Both the position numbers and the translations under genes were made by a program. From NCBI GenBank assembly GCA_036679645.1, contig JAZDCY010000028.1, forward strand, positions 23,506 to 87,505: DNA of 64,000 nt, in the 5' to 3' direction. The notes under the pieces are model-generated. The model was given only the letters and a program-made list of their open reading frames with translations, was not told the origin of the DNA and did no database searches. Of this stretch, positions 20,845 to 31,351 are shown piece after piece. Each line of letters begins with the position of its first letter. Position 1 is the stretch's first letter. Source of the DNA: Gemmatimonadota bacterium (lineage in GTDB: Bacteria; Gemmatimonadota; Gemmatimonadetes; Gemmatimonadales; GWC2-71-9).

Positions 20845-21684
20845 GTGACACAATGCGATCACTGCGGCCGCGATAACGACGATGCTTCCACGTACTGTTC
20901 GGATTGCGGCCGTCCGATGAAGGGCCCCGACGGTGTGACCGGACCGGCACGCGCAGTGGCTGCCCCAGATGATCGTGGTAGCGGCAGCATGTGCCCGCAG
21001 TGCGGGCAGCCGCTGGCACACCGCCGGTCGCGTCCCCTGACCAGTCCCGTCTCGCTCATTCTGCTCGACGACTCCGGTGAGGAGAGTGGCAGACACGTCC
21101 TCAAGCGCGAGGAGACCTCGATCGGTCGAGTCGACGCCGACATCGTGATCGATGATCCCTTCATGTCGCCCGTGCACGCCCAGATCAGCGTTCATGGGGA
21201 CGACATCCATATTCGCGACCTTGGGAGTCGCAACGGGACGTGGATGTTCATGGAGGACCCCTACCGGCTTCAGGACGGCGATCTCATCCTGATGGGTTCG
21301 CAGGTAATACAGTTCCGACGCCTCGGGTATCCCGGACCACAACCGCCGGAACAAGACCAGACGCGTCGACTCGGGAGCCTGGTTCCGGGCGCGGACATTG
21401 CAAAGGTCACGCAGTTGCGCAGTGACGGGAGCGCCCGTGACGTGATGCACCTGTCGCCCGGTCGACCGGTCGTGGTGGGGCGCGAGGGCGGCGACTGGGT
21501 GTTCCCGTATGATCCCTCAATGAGCTCCGGTCACGCGGAGATCCGATCGGAAGATGCCGACTTCGTCATCGTGGACCGGGGGAGCCGCAACGGCGTGGCG
21601 ATCGCTGTGCGGGGGGAGGTACGCCTTCCCCCGGGGACGCGCATTCTGGCGGGCGACCGCGTAATGCGTGTGGAAAAGTCGTGA
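20845..21684 (+). CDS. Zinc-ribbon plus tandem FHA domain protein
   Basis: CxxC motifs; two FHA cores 'IGR...MSPVHA...DLGSRNGT' and 'VGR...MSSGHA...DRGSRNG'. Confidence 0.88.
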   Translation: MTQCDHCGRDNDDASTYCSDCGRPMKGPDGVTGPARAVAAPDDRGSGSMCPQCGQPLAHRRSRPLTSPVSLILLDDSGEESGRHVLKREETSIGRVDADIVIDDPFMSPVHAQISVHGDDIHIRDLGSRNGTWMFMEDPYRLQDGDLILMGSQVIQFRRLGYPGPQPPEQDQTRRLGSLVPGADIAKVTQLRSDGSARDVMHLSPGRPVVVGREGGDWVFPYDPSMSSGHAEIRSEDADFVIVDRGSRNGVAIAVRGEVRLPPGTRILAGDRVMRVEKS

Positions 21685-23402
21685 AGGTCTGCACGACGTG
21701 TGGCACCGAGTACCCGGATGACCAGAAGTTCTGTCCGAACGACGGGTCGTCGCTCCGGTCGACCTCCGAAGGTAGCCTGATCGATTCGGTCATCGCCGAC
21801 CGGTACCATATCACGTCGAAACTGGGCGAGGGTGGGATGGGGGCGGTGTATCTCGGCGAGCATGTAAAGATGGGTCGCAAGAGCGCCATCAAGGTGATGT
21901 CCCAGTCGATGGCCAACGACGCCGATGCGATTGCCCGATTCAACCGAGAGGCCGCCAACGCGGCGCGGATCAATCACCCCAACGTCTGCGCAATCTACGA
22001 TTTCGGTGAGACGGACGATGGCGTGATCTATCTCGCCATGGAGTTCATCGAGGGCGAGGTGCTCACCGACCTGATTCAGCGCGAAGGGGCGCTCGACCCG
22101 GCGCGGGCGGTGGCGATCCTGAAGCAGACGGCCGACGCCCTACAGGCGGCGCATGACCTCGGGATCGTGCACCGAGATCTCAAGCCCGACAACATCATGA
22201 TCGGCACCGGTCGGGACGGGAGCGATGTCGTCAAGGTGGTCGATTTCGGTATTGCCAAAGCGATGGGAGGGGAAGAGGGTCAGAACGTCACCAAGACGGG
22301 CCTGGTCGTCGGGACACCGGAATACATGAGCCCGGAGCAGCTCTCCGGTGACGTGCTGGACGGCCGCAGCGACACCTACTCGCTCGCGCTCGTGTTCTTT
22401 CGCATGCTGACTGGTGTTTTGCCGTTCCAGGCCGACAGCGCGCAGGAGACCATGATCAAGCGGCTCACGGACGACCCGTTGCGGCTGAACGACGCACGGC
22501 ACGGTGCCACCTATCCGGAGGCACTGCAGGACGTGATGGACCGCGCACTGGCCCGGATGCCCTCGGAGCGGTACCCCGACGCAGCCGGTTTCGCCGACGA
22601 CGCGGCAGCGGCCATTGAAGGCATGCCGGCGGGGGCACCGCCCGTCGAGACCGAAGGCGCCACGCAACTCATGGATTCGGCCGAGGTCCTCGCGAGCTCG
22701 GACGAGGCGACTGCCGAGCTGGCGACCACGCGCGTCGCGGGTGAGGCCATCACGGCGCCGACCCCGGCACCGGAACCGGCCACTCCCACCACTCCAAAGC
22801 CGCAGCCTTCCCCAATCGAGCCCCAGAAGAAGCGCTTCCCGGTCGGAGCTGTCGCCGCGGCTGCTATCGTTATCGTGGGGGTGGGCGTCGGCACCGTCGT
22901 GATGCGTGGAGGCAACGGGGGTGGCGACGGCCTCGATAGCGCCGGGCGTGTGATGGGCGACACCGCGCAGGTGATGGCCCAGGCGGAAACTTCAACGGTT
23001 CGGCAGGGCGGTGGCGAGAATCCCCGGACACGCGACACGGCGACGAGCCGGGACACCTTGCCAGGACCGGGTCCAATCGAGCCAGAGTCGACTGTGGTCA
23101 CGCCCCCGGCCCGTATCCAGGTCAGCGCCGCAGACGCTGGCAGCTGGCTCTTCGACCGCATTGTCGATGAGGGCGTCAATGCCGAGAACGCGACCGGCAC
23201 GCGGGATACTGCGGAGGCATACTACGATCTCGCAGCGGTTGATCAGGCCGACCGGGCCCTCGCCGCATTCGGGGTCGCGCAGGCGTGGAACTTCCTAGGG
23301 GATACCGACCAGGCGTTACGGTGGGGGCGAATCGCAGTGAATCTCGACGGAACCGAGCGCGCGTACCGGAGCTTCGTCGCAACCTTGCGTGGGCAACAGT
23401 GA
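21681..23402 (+). CDS. Hanks-type Ser/Thr kinase with zinc ribbon, TM and extracytoplasmic TPR-like tail
   Basis: 'GEGGMGAVY', 'HRDLKPDN', 'DFGIAK', 'GTPEYMSPE'. Confidence 0.93.
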   Translation: MKVCTTCGTEYPDDQKFCPNDGSSLRSTSEGSLIDSVIADRYHITSKLGEGGMGAVYLGEHVKMGRKSAIKVMSQSMANDADAIARFNREAANAARINHPNVCAIYDFGETDDGVIYLAMEFIEGEVLTDLIQREGALDPARAVAILKQTADALQAAHDLGIVHRDLKPDNIMIGTGRDGSDVVKVVDFGIAKAMGGEEGQNVTKTGLVVGTPEYMSPEQLSGDVLDGRSDTYSLALVFFRMLTGVLPFQADSAQETMIKRLTDDPLRLNDARHGATYPEALQDVMDRALARMPSERYPDAAGFADDAAAAIEGMPAGAPPVETEGATQLMDSAEVLASSDEATAELATTRVAGEAITAPTPAPEPATPTTPKPQPSPIEPQKKRFPVGAVAAAAIVIVGVGVGTVVMRGGNGGGDGLDSAGRVMGDTAQVMAQAETSTVRQGGGENPRTRDTATSRDTLPGPGPIEPESTVVTPPARIQVSAADAGSWLFDRIVDEGVNAENATGTRDTAEAYYDLAAVDQADRALAAFGVAQAWNFLGDTDQALRWGRIAVNLDGTERAYRSFVATLRGQQ

Positions 23403-24421
23403 GTTTCTTTCGGTCAAAGAAGCCTTCGGTTCTCGTGACGGTCTTTGGCAAGACCGATGTCGGGAAAACGCGCGATCACAACGAGGACTGCTTCCTCGTC
23501 GCGAACCTGTCCACCAAGGACGCGTCGCTGCAGCCCGAGGTGCGCGAGCACGAGGTCGGCAAGAAGGGCTCGCTCCTCATGGTCGCGGACGGCATGGGCG
23601 GAGCTGCAGCAGGCGAGGTGGCCAGCCAGATTTCGACCGACACGGTTTACAAGCACCTCGCCTCCACCTGGTGTGAGGACGGCGAGAACACCCCGCAACA
23701 GTTCGCGTTCCGCTTGAAGGAAGCTGTGGAGAACGCAAACAAGAATATTCACGAGTATGCCAAAGAACACGCGGAACTGCGCGGGATGGGTACGACGACG
23801 ACCGCCGTCGGGCTGCTCTCCGACCAGCTCTTTCTGACACAGGTCGGCGACTCCCGCGCCTACCTCGTCCGGGCAGGCGAGGCGGTTCAGCTAACCAAGG
23901 ACCAGTCGCTCATGCAGCGACTCGTGGATGCCGGCGAGCTCACGGAGGAGGAGGCCGAAAAAAGCGAGCGGCGCAACATCATCCTGCAGGCGCTCGGTCC
24001 CGAGCCCAAGGTGCGGGTCGATCTGACTCACCAGCAGGTGCGCAAGGGCGACGCGATCGTGATCTGCTCGGACGGACTCTCCGGTCAGGTGCGGCGGGAG
24101 GAGATCGGGCAGGTGGTCTCGCAGGACAAAGATCTCGTCGATGTCTGCACCGAGTTGATCGACCTGGCAAACGAGCGGGGCGGGCCGGACAACATCACTG
24201 TGGTCGTCGCCCGGGTGTCGGGAGACGGCCTGCAGGACGTGGCGCAAGAGGATGCCGTAGGGCATCAGATCTACCCGTTGCTAGATAGCGAGTCCACGAC
24301 GGAGCCTGTACCGGTCTACACCGGCAGTCCACCGCCGGAACCGAAGGGAGCGGCGCGGGCGCTAATGGCGTCCGCCGCGCTGGTCGTGTTCCTCGCCGCC
24401 ACGATCTACATCCTCACCTAG
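23399..24421 (+). CDS. PP2C-type (Stp1/PrpC-like) Ser/Thr phosphatase with C-terminal TM
   Basis: 'R.HNED', 'VADGMGG', 'VGDSRAY', 'CSDGL', 'GG.DNIT'; GTGA overlap with kinase stop. Confidence 0.93.
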   Translation: MSFFRSKKPSVLVTVFGKTDVGKTRDHNEDCFLVANLSTKDASLQPEVREHEVGKKGSLLMVADGMGGAAAGEVASQISTDTVYKHLASTWCEDGENTPQQFAFRLKEAVENANKNIHEYAKEHAELRGMGTTTTAVGLLSDQLFLTQVGDSRAYLVRAGEAVQLTKDQSLMQRLVDAGELTEEEAEKSERRNIILQALGPEPKVRVDLTHQQVRKGDAIVICSDGLSGQVRREEIGQVVSQDKDLVDVCTELIDLANERGGPDNITVVVARVSGDGLQDVAQEDAVGHQIYPLLDSESTTEPVPVYTGSPPPEPKGAARALMASAALVVFLAATIYILT

Positions 24422-24438
24422 CCCACCACCCGTTCGCC

Positions 24439-25872
24439 GTGAAACTCCAGATCAAGGTCCTGAGCGGCGCCCGATCGGGTATCACAGCGGTGTTCTCCGC
24501 CTCCGGTATCACCGTCGGTCGGCATCACGAATCGACACTGTCGTTTGACGCGGAGCAGGATCTCGACGTCTCGGGCCGGCACGCGGTCTTCGTCCGGGAA
24601 GAAGGCCGCTGGCTGGTGCGTGACCTGGGAAGCCGCAATGGTACGATCGTAAACGGGCACCGCATCACGCGCGATACGAAGCTCGACGATACCGACCAGA
24701 TCCGGTTCGGTGAGGACGGGCCGCGGGTCGAGATTCGCCTCGTGAATGAGTCGACACCCGACAAAGCCCCCGAACCCGCGGCAGCCCCGGCCAGACGGGC
24801 ACCGCGACCCACCGGCGCGGCGCCGCCGCGCGAGAGCGTGGAGCCCCAGCGTCGGTCCAGCACGACGCAGCGCATTCGCATCGAGGTCGGGCGCCAGACG
24901 CGTAGGCTGCGCGCGATGACGCGTGTCCTCTTCGTCGTTCTGCTGGCGGTCGCGGCAATCTACTTTGTAGACAACCGGCGACAGCTACGGCAGCGCGAGC
25001 GGGATGTCGCCGCCATGCAGGCGCGCATCGACTCGATCCTGGACGCGTCGCAGCGGGCCGTCGCGATGCTGCGCGGCCAGGTGGAAGGGCTCGAGAACGC
25101 GCTGCTGCGATCACAGACCGACGTCCAACGGCTGCAACGCAATCTCGCGGTAGCGGAAGCCGCCGGAAACGACGAAGAGGTCGAGGCACTGCGCCAGGAA
25201 CTGGCTACCGCCACCGCCGCCTTTCGCAGCCAGCAGCTCGCCGCTCAGGTGGACTACACATCCATCAACGAGGCCAATCAGTTCGCGGTGGCGATGATCT
25301 GGGCCGACCTCGGCAACGGGATCAGAAACGGCACGGCGTTCGCCGTGACGGCCGACGGCGTGCTCATCACCAACAAGCACGTGGTCGCGGGCGACGACGG
25401 GTCACTCCGGCCGCGCCGGCTCGCGGTCCAGTTCACCAACTCCGCGCAGGTGTTCCGCGCCGATCTCATTGCGCTGTCGGATAACATCGACATTGCGGTC
25501 GTCCAGGTGCGACGTCTCCGGGGACAGATACCGACCATACAGGGCTTCGCCGATCCAGACGCATCTATCGGGGTCGGCGAACCGGTGGCCGTGATCGGTT
25601 TTCCGTTGGGCGATGACCTGCCAATGCGATCGGGATCCGAGGCGGACATCATCCGCACGACCTTCACCGCCGGCACGGTCAGCAAGGTACTTCCGGACCT
25701 GCTGCAGATAGACGGGTACGGGGCCCCGGGCGCGAGTGGGAGCCCCATCTTCAACAGCGATGGCGATCTGGTTGGTGTGCTGTATGCCGGCCAGGAAGGC
25801 ACCAACGGGCGAGTGGTCTACAGTGTGCCGGCGGCGTTCGTGCAGGATCTGTTGAGGCAGATAGGCAGATAG
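24439..25872 (+). CDS. FHA, TM, coiled-coil and trypsin-like serine protease protein
   Basis: FHA 'VGR...VSGRHA...DLGSRNGT'; triad motifs 'TNKHVV', 'DIAVV', 'GASGSP'. Confidence 0.85.
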   Translation: MKLQIKVLSGARSGITAVFSASGITVGRHHESTLSFDAEQDLDVSGRHAVFVREEGRWLVRDLGSRNGTIVNGHRITRDTKLDDTDQIRFGEDGPRVEIRLVNESTPDKAPEPAAAPARRAPRPTGAAPPRESVEPQRRSSTTQRIRIEVGRQTRRLRAMTRVLFVVLLAVAAIYFVDNRRQLRQRERDVAAMQARIDSILDASQRAVAMLRGQVEGLENALLRSQTDVQRLQRNLAVAEAAGNDEEVEALRQELATATAAFRSQQLAAQVDYTSINEANQFAVAMIWADLGNGIRNGTAFAVTADGVLITNKHVVAGDDGSLRPRRLAVQFTNSAQVFRADLIALSDNIDIAVVQVRRLRGQIPTIQGFADPDASIGVGEPVAVIGFPLGDDLPMRSGSEADIIRTTFTAGTVSKVLPDLLQIDGYGAPGASGSPIFNSDGDLVGVLYAGQEGTNGRVVYSVPAAFVQDLLRQIGR

Positions 25873-25913
25873 AGAAAGACAGATAGACGCACAGACGCTC
25901 AGACGCGAGACCC

Positions 25914-27038
25914 TCAGACTCCAGGCGTGATCCTCCCCAGAACGCGCGGTCCCCTCGCCCCGGTCGCCGCCGGCACATTCCCCGGCCTCCCCCGCAACGT
26001 CAGCCAACCTAGTAGCGCGAACGCGACCGCTTCCTTCGCGTCGCCGTCGAAGAACAGATCGTCAAACCGCTTCAGATCGTAGGCCCCCAACGCCGTACGC
26101 AGCGCGTCCCATAACGCGGGATTGCGCGCGCCTCCGCCGGAAACGACGACCTCGGCAGACGCCGCCGGCAGCCAGCGGCGAAACTGATCGGCTACCGACG
26201 CCGCCGTAAGTGCCACCGCGGTGGCGACGGCATCGTCGTCGCCTGTACCGGTCGCGGCCCGCGCGACCTGCTGCGACAGCCGCTTCGCGAACACCGGACC
26301 GAAACGCTCCCTGCCGGTACTCTTGGGCGGCGCCTGCTCGAAGAACGGATCCTGCATGAGTTGCTCGACAACCGCCGCGTGAGCTGTTCCGCGGCGCGCG
26401 CGAACGCCGTCGACGTCGAACGCGACCTCAGGACTGGACGCGCGGACGACGGCGTCGATCACCGCAACCCCCGGTCCCGTGTCGAACGCGATCATGCAGT
26501 CGAGGCTGCCTCCGGCCGGGACCCAGGTGACGTTGGCGATACCACCGAGATTCAGAAGTGCGCGGTCGCGGTCCCTCGCCGCAAAGAGCAGCGCGTCGGC
26601 CATGGGCACGAGCGGCGCTCCCTGCCCACCCGCCGCGACGTCGCGGCTGCGAAAATCGCTCACGACCTGGACGCCCAGCGATTCCGCAATGACGGCCGGA
26701 TCGGCCAACTGCAGCGACGCACGTCCCGGCTCATGCCACACCGTCTGGCCATGTGACGCGACGAACGCCAGTTCACCCGCACGGCGCCCGCCCAGCTCGA
26801 GAACCTCGAGTGCCACCTCCGCAAACCGGCGTCCCAGATCAACGTGCAACAGGGCACACTCACGGACCCCGCCGCACTCTATCGTGTCGAGAATGCGACG
26901 CCGCTCGCTCTCGGAGTAGGGAACGGTGTGAAATCCCAGCAACTCGACATCCGGACGATCACCCGCCAGCCGCACGAGCGCCGCGTCGATGCCGTCGAGC
27001 GACGTACCCGACATGAGGCCGACGCATAGCTGGCTCAC
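25914..27038 (-). CDS. anmK: Anhydro-N-acetylmuramic acid kinase
   Basis: 'GLMSGTSLDGID', 'SHGQT', 'GGQGAPLVP', 'NLGGIAN', 'PKSTGRE', 'KEAVAFA'. Confidence 0.96.
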   Translation of the reverse strand: MSQLCVGLMSGTSLDGIDAALVRLAGDRPDVELLGFHTVPYSESERRRILDTIECGGVRECALLHVDLGRRFAEVALEVLELGGRRAGELAFVASHGQTVWHEPGRASLQLADPAVIAESLGVQVVSDFRSRDVAAGGQGAPLVPMADALLFAARDRDRALLNLGGIANVTWVPAGGSLDCMIAFDTGPGVAVIDAVVRASSPEVAFDVDGVRARRGTAHAAVVEQLMQDPFFEQAPPKSTGRERFGPVFAKRLSQQVARAATGTGDDDAVATAVALTAASVADQFRRWLPAASAEVVVSGGGARNPALWDALRTALGAYDLKRFDDLFFDGDAKEAVAFALLGWLTLRGRPGNVPAATGARGPRVLGRITPGV

Positions 27039-27961
27039 GGGACAACCGGCGGCGGGTCCCCGATCACTCTCCGTATGACGCCGCCGGCTTCACCGAGGAG
27101 CCGCTGCGCTTCCTCCCGGCTCACCTCACGGCGCAGCATGACGAGGGCGTGTTTGACGTCGCCCTGGGCATCGCGGATCGCCGCACGCGCCGTCTCGCGA
27201 TCGACGCCGCACACCTCCATCACGATCCGTTCTCCGCGATCGTGCAGCTTCGCGCTCAACGCCGTGAGATCGACCATCAGGTTGCCGTACGCCTTCCCGA
27301 GACGGATCATGGCACCAGTTGTGATCGTGTTGAGCACCAGTTTCGTGGCGGTCCCGGCCTTGAGCCGCGTCGATCCGGTGAGCGCCTCGGGCCCGACCTT
27401 CACGACTACTGCGATCTCGACGATCTCGCCCAGCTCCGTCGGAACGTCCGAGCATGCGAGCACGACCGGAATTGCCTCTCGCTCGCGCGCGCGTCGCAGC
27501 GCGGCGTGCACGTAGGGTGTGGTGCCGCTCGCGGCGATCCCGATCACGACATCCGCCGACGACACGTCGAGCGCGTCGATTGCGCGCGCTCCCGCGGCCT
27601 CGTCATCCTCCGCGCCTTCCTGGCTGCAGACGAGAGCGTCCTTCCCTCCGGCGATGATCCCGACCACCATCTCAGGTGGCGTTCCAAAGGTCGGCGGGCA
27701 CTCGGCGGCATCAAGTACGCCCAGGCGCCCGCTAGTGCCGGCGCCGACGTAGACGAGTCGACCGCCGCTCCGAAAGGCGCACACCACACGATCGATGACC
27801 GCCGCAATCTCCTCACGCGCCGCATGGACCGCGCCGGGTATATCGCGATCTTCTGCATTGAGGATGTCCACGATCTCGACTGACGACGCCACATCGAGGT
27901 GGGCCGTCCGCGGGTTGCGGCGTTCCGTCAGGCGGGTATCCAGGTATTCGGGCGGGGGCAT
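27035..27961 (-). CDS. murQ: N-acetylmuramic acid 6-phosphate etherase
   Basis: 'TERRNP', 'GAGTSGRLG.LDA.ECPPTF', 'GSTRLKAGTA.K', 'NLMVD'. Confidence 0.96.
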   Translation of the reverse strand: MPPPEYLDTRLTERRNPRTAHLDVASSVEIVDILNAEDRDIPGAVHAAREEIAAVIDRVVCAFRSGGRLVYVGAGTSGRLGVLDAAECPPTFGTPPEMVVGIIAGGKDALVCSQEGAEDDEAAGARAIDALDVSSADVVIGIAASGTTPYVHAALRRAREREAIPVVLACSDVPTELGEIVEIAVVVKVGPEALTGSTRLKAGTATKLVLNTITTGAMIRLGKAYGNLMVDLTALSAKLHDRGERIVMEVCGVDRETARAAIRDAQGDVKHALVMLRREVSREEAQRLLGEAGGVIRRVIGDPPPVVP

Positions 27962-28005
27962 AGGCGCTAAATTACGTACTTCACCCATCCGGAGGCCAAT
28001 ACCCA

Positions 28006-29715
28006 ATGCGACGCGTGGCTGCGCTGCTGATTCTTGCTACCGCCTGCACGAGGATGCCTGGACTGGCTCCCGCCCGCGGGGCCGCTCCCTGGGAGATTCC
28101 GGCAGAGTCCTACTCCAGCGCAGCCGAGCACGGCATGGTGGCGTCGATCTCGCCGATCGCGAGCGAGGTGGGCGTGGAGATCCTGCGGCGCGGCGGCAAC
28201 GCGGTCGACGCGGCGATCGCGATGGGTTTTGCGCTCGCGGTCGTCCACCCGGCCGCCGGGAACATCGGCGGGGGCGGGTTCATGATGGTGCGGCTGGCGA
28301 GCGGGGAGGTCGTCTCCCTCGACTACAGGGAAACGGCACCCGGCGGGGCTACGCACGACATGTACGTGGCGCCGGACGGCACCCTGCGGAGCGATCGCAT
28401 GCTGGGACACCTGGCCTCCGGCGTTCCGGGCAGCGTAGCCGGTATGGCCGAAGCCCACCGGCGCTACGGCGCGCTCTCCTGGACGGATGTGCTGGCGCCC
28501 TCCGTCGAGCTGGCCCGGGATGGGTTCATCCTGGACGACTATCGCGCCCGATCGTTGGCCGGCGGCGCGCGCCGCTTGAGCCGCTTCGAGGCGTCGCGCC
28601 GGCAGTTCCTGCCCGGCGGCGAGCCACCGCCAGCGGGTTCGCGCCTGATCCAGACAGATCTGGGCCGCACGCTCCAGGCCATTGCCGACAGCGGGCCGGA
28701 CGTCTTCTACCGCGGGTTTGTGGCGGACCTCATTGTCGCGGAGATGGAACGGGGTGGCGGGCTCATCACGCATGAGGATCTCGCGACGTACCGTCCCCTG
28801 TGGCGGGAGCCCATAAGATCGACGTACCGGGGACATATGGTGTACTCCATGGCGCCGTCCAGCTCGGGAGGGATTGCCATTGCAGAGATCCTCAACATCC
28901 TCGAGCGCTACGATGCCTTGCCCCCATTCGGGTCGCCCGCGCACGTACACCTCCTCACCGAAGCAATGCGCCGCGCGTACGTCGATCGCAACCACTATCT
29001 GGGCGACCCGGCATTCGTCGACATGCCGATTGCACGCCTGATCTCCGACGAATACGCGGCCGAACGCCAACGCACCATCGAGCCCGGGCGCGCGACCCCG
29101 TCACCAAGTGTTCTGCCGGGCGTTCCGGACGGCGATCACACCACGCACTATTCGGTGGTGGACGGCGACGGCAACGCGGTCGCGGTGACGACCACGATCA
29201 ACACCGGATTCGGCAGTGCCGTAACCGTGAGCGGCGCGGGATTCCTACTCAACAATGAGATGGACGATTTCACAGCCGCGCCCGGCCAGCCCAATACGTT
29301 CGGCCTGGTTCAGGGAGAGGCCAACGCCATCGCGCCGCGAAAGCGCATGCTGTCTTCGATGAGTCCAACGATCGTGGAGGACCCTGCCGGCGATCTCCTG
29401 CTCGTCCTGGGCACACCGGGCGGGGCGACGATCATCAGCACTGTCGCGCAGGTGATTTCGAACGTGATCGATCACGGCATGTCCGCGACCGAAGCGGTGG
29501 CGGCGCCCCGCATTCACCATCAGGCGCTGCCCGACACGATCCGTTACGAGCGTGACGGCCTGAACGCGCGCACAGTGGCCCGGCTGCAGGACATGGGATA
29601 TGCGGTAGTCGAGCGGCCGGGGTACAGCGGTCAGGTGGCCGCGATCTTCGTCCGGCGCGGCCACCTCATTGGGGTAATCGATCCTCGCAGCGGAGGTGGC
29701 GCCACCGGGTACTGA
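28006..29715 (+). CDS. ggt: Gamma-glutamyltransferase (lipoprotein)
   Basis: 'GGNAVDAA', 'DYRE.AP', autocleavage 'TTHYSVVD', 'LNNEMDDF', 'SSMSPT'. Confidence 0.96.
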   Translation: MRRVAALLILATACTRMPGLAPARGAAPWEIPAESYSSAAEHGMVASISPIASEVGVEILRRGGNAVDAAIAMGFALAVVHPAAGNIGGGGFMMVRLASGEVVSLDYRETAPGGATHDMYVAPDGTLRSDRMLGHLASGVPGSVAGMAEAHRRYGALSWTDVLAPSVELARDGFILDDYRARSLAGGARRLSRFEASRRQFLPGGEPPPAGSRLIQTDLGRTLQAIADSGPDVFYRGFVADLIVAEMERGGGLITHEDLATYRPLWREPIRSTYRGHMVYSMAPSSSGGIAIAEILNILERYDALPPFGSPAHVHLLTEAMRRAYVDRNHYLGDPAFVDMPIARLISDEYAAERQRTIEPGRATPSPSVLPGVPDGDHTTHYSVVDGDGNAVAVTTTINTGFGSAVTVSGAGFLLNNEMDDFTAAPGQPNTFGLVQGEANAIAPRKRMLSSMSPTIVEDPAGDLLLVLGTPGGATIISTVAQVISNVIDHGMSATEAVAAPRIHHQALPDTIRYERDGLNARTVARLQDMGYAVVERPGYSGQVAAIFVRRGHLIGVIDPRSGGGATGY

Positions 29716-29741
29716 CCGGCGGCGGCCCTCCGAATCCTTCC

Positions 29742-30524
29742 CTACCTCTGCATCTCCACCACGAACGGCGCCGTCAACACCAGCCGAATCGGGGCGCCTT
29801 CGGGCATGATGATGTCGATATCGCGTGTCGCCGCTGCAATCCCGGCACCGGCCGCCGCACCAGCCGCCGCGCCGACGATCGTGCCGGTGCGATTGCCCCC
29901 AATGATGCGCCCGGCGATGGCACCAACCACGGCGCCTGCGCCTACCCTTGCGGCATCTCCCGCAGTTACGCCGCGCCCCTTCATGAAGGCCCCGATACTG
30001 TCGGTGCGAGCCTGCAGTTCGAACATCGCGTCGCCAAACTGCACGCGGTTGAAGGTGAGGACGAGGCGGCCCTCTCCACCGGGACTTTCGGCCGGGGCGA
30101 TATCCGAGATCGTGCCGCTGAATATGGCGGCGGGTGGAATCACTACCCTGCCCGCGTCATCCAGCACGGCTTCCGCATTTGTTGCAACGACCTGCTCGCC
30201 CTTGGTGTTGTGCCGGGAAGTCAGCGTATCGCCCGCGGCCAGCGTGATGACCGTGCCCGCGGGGAGCGTCATCGTCACGCCGCGGGGAGCGGGCTCCCGC
30301 GCGGGTCTTCTGGCCGGCTGCGGAGCTGTGCGCGGCACGTTCAGGGTCTCCGTGGGCCGACCGGCGTCGGTCGCCGGCACGTCCGCGAGAGCCGCCACCG
30401 ACTCCGCCGGGACAAGGCTGAGGTCGCGTGCCGTCTCGTCATCTGCCGGCCTGTCCCCGCCACCGCACGCCACCACGGCGACCGCTAGTGCCGCAAGGAC
30501 TCCGCCTACGCGTATGGTAGTCAT
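29742..30524 (-). CDS. Lipoprotein with TrbI/VirB10-like beta domain and glycine zipper
   Basis: Lipobox 'VVAC'; 'LPAGT.I', 'G.L.LTF', glycine zipper 'GAGAVVGAIAG...GAAAGAAAG'. Confidence 0.7.
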   Translation of the reverse strand: MTTIRVGGVLAALAVAVVACGGGDRPADDETARDLSLVPAESVAALADVPATDAGRPTETLNVPRTAPQPARRPAREPAPRGVTMTLPAGTVITLAAGDTLTSRHNTKGEQVVATNAEAVLDDAGRVVIPPAAIFSGTISDIAPAESPGGEGRLVLTFNRVQFGDAMFELQARTDSIGAFMKGRGVTAGDAARVGAGAVVGAIAGRIIGGNRTGTIVGAAAGAAAGAGIAAATRDIDIIMPEGAPIRLVLTAPFVVEMQR

Positions 30525-30583
30525 AGCGCCTCCAGGTGTGGTCGTACCAAACGGTTGCCCAACGAGCGGGCACCGGCAAGATG

Positions 30584-31309
30584 CTACAGACGGGACCGCA
30601 GAAACTCAGGCGTGAGCCCTTGCAACCAGGACGCCATCAGCGTGAAATAACCGGTGGCCAACAGCAGCCCGACTGCCACCAGTACACCACCCGAGAACTT
30701 CTGGACCATCGGGATAAACCGGCGATACCGCTGGAACCAGCCGACGAACTTCTCGATCGCGAGCGCGGCGATGAGGAACGGCACACCGAGCCCGGCCGAG
30801 TAGACCAGCAGCAGGACGATCCCCTGCCCCAGGGTGGCCGTAGCGCTCGTGTACGCCAGCACCGCCCCCAGGATCGGGCCTATGCAGGGGCTCCACCCTG
30901 CGCCGAAGGCCAAACCGACAAACGCGCTCCCCAAGTAGCCGAGCGGCTTGTTCTGAAGATGGATGCGGCGTTCCCGCGCGAAGATCCCGAGCTGGAAGAC
31001 CCCCAGGAGGTAAAGACCGAAAACCACGATGAAGGCCCCGCCGAATCGCTCCAGCCAGACCCGGTGGGAGCGCAACAGCGTCCCCACCGCGGTCGCCGAC
31101 GCACCCAGCATCACGAAGATCACCGTGAATCCCAGGATGAACGCCAGGGCATGCGTGACCGCGACCCAACGACGCCGCTCCATGTCATCCAGCGAGAGGC
31201 CGGTGATGAAGGAGACGTAGCTCGGCACGAGCGGCAGAACGCACGGTGACAGGAAGCTCAGGAGCCCCGCCACGAACGCCAATGGTATGCCTACGGCTTC
31301 AGTACTCAT
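30584..31309 (-). CDS. ccdA: Cytochrome c biogenesis protein CcdA (DsbD TM domain)
   Basis: 'AGLLSFLSPCVLPLVP', 'GWSPCIGPILG'. Confidence 0.93.
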   Translation of the reverse strand: MSTEAVGIPLAFVAGLLSFLSPCVLPLVPSYVSFITGLSLDDMERRRWVAVTHALAFILGFTVIFVMLGASATAVGTLLRSHRVWLERFGGAFIVVFGLYLLGVFQLGIFARERRIHLQNKPLGYLGSAFVGLAFGAGWSPCIGPILGAVLAYTSATATLGQGIVLLLVYSAGLGVPFLIAALAIEKFVGWFQRYRRFIPMVQKFSGGVLVAVGLLLATGYFTLMASWLQGLTPEFLRSRL

Positions 31310-31351
31310 GGTATCCGCCCGTACAAACGGTGTAGGTCCCCCAGAGGTTCC

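Noticed and set aside
25868..25920. Degenerate AGAC/CAGACG micro-repeats between convergent genes
   Set aside because: Short, irregular and low-complexity; no function can be supported.
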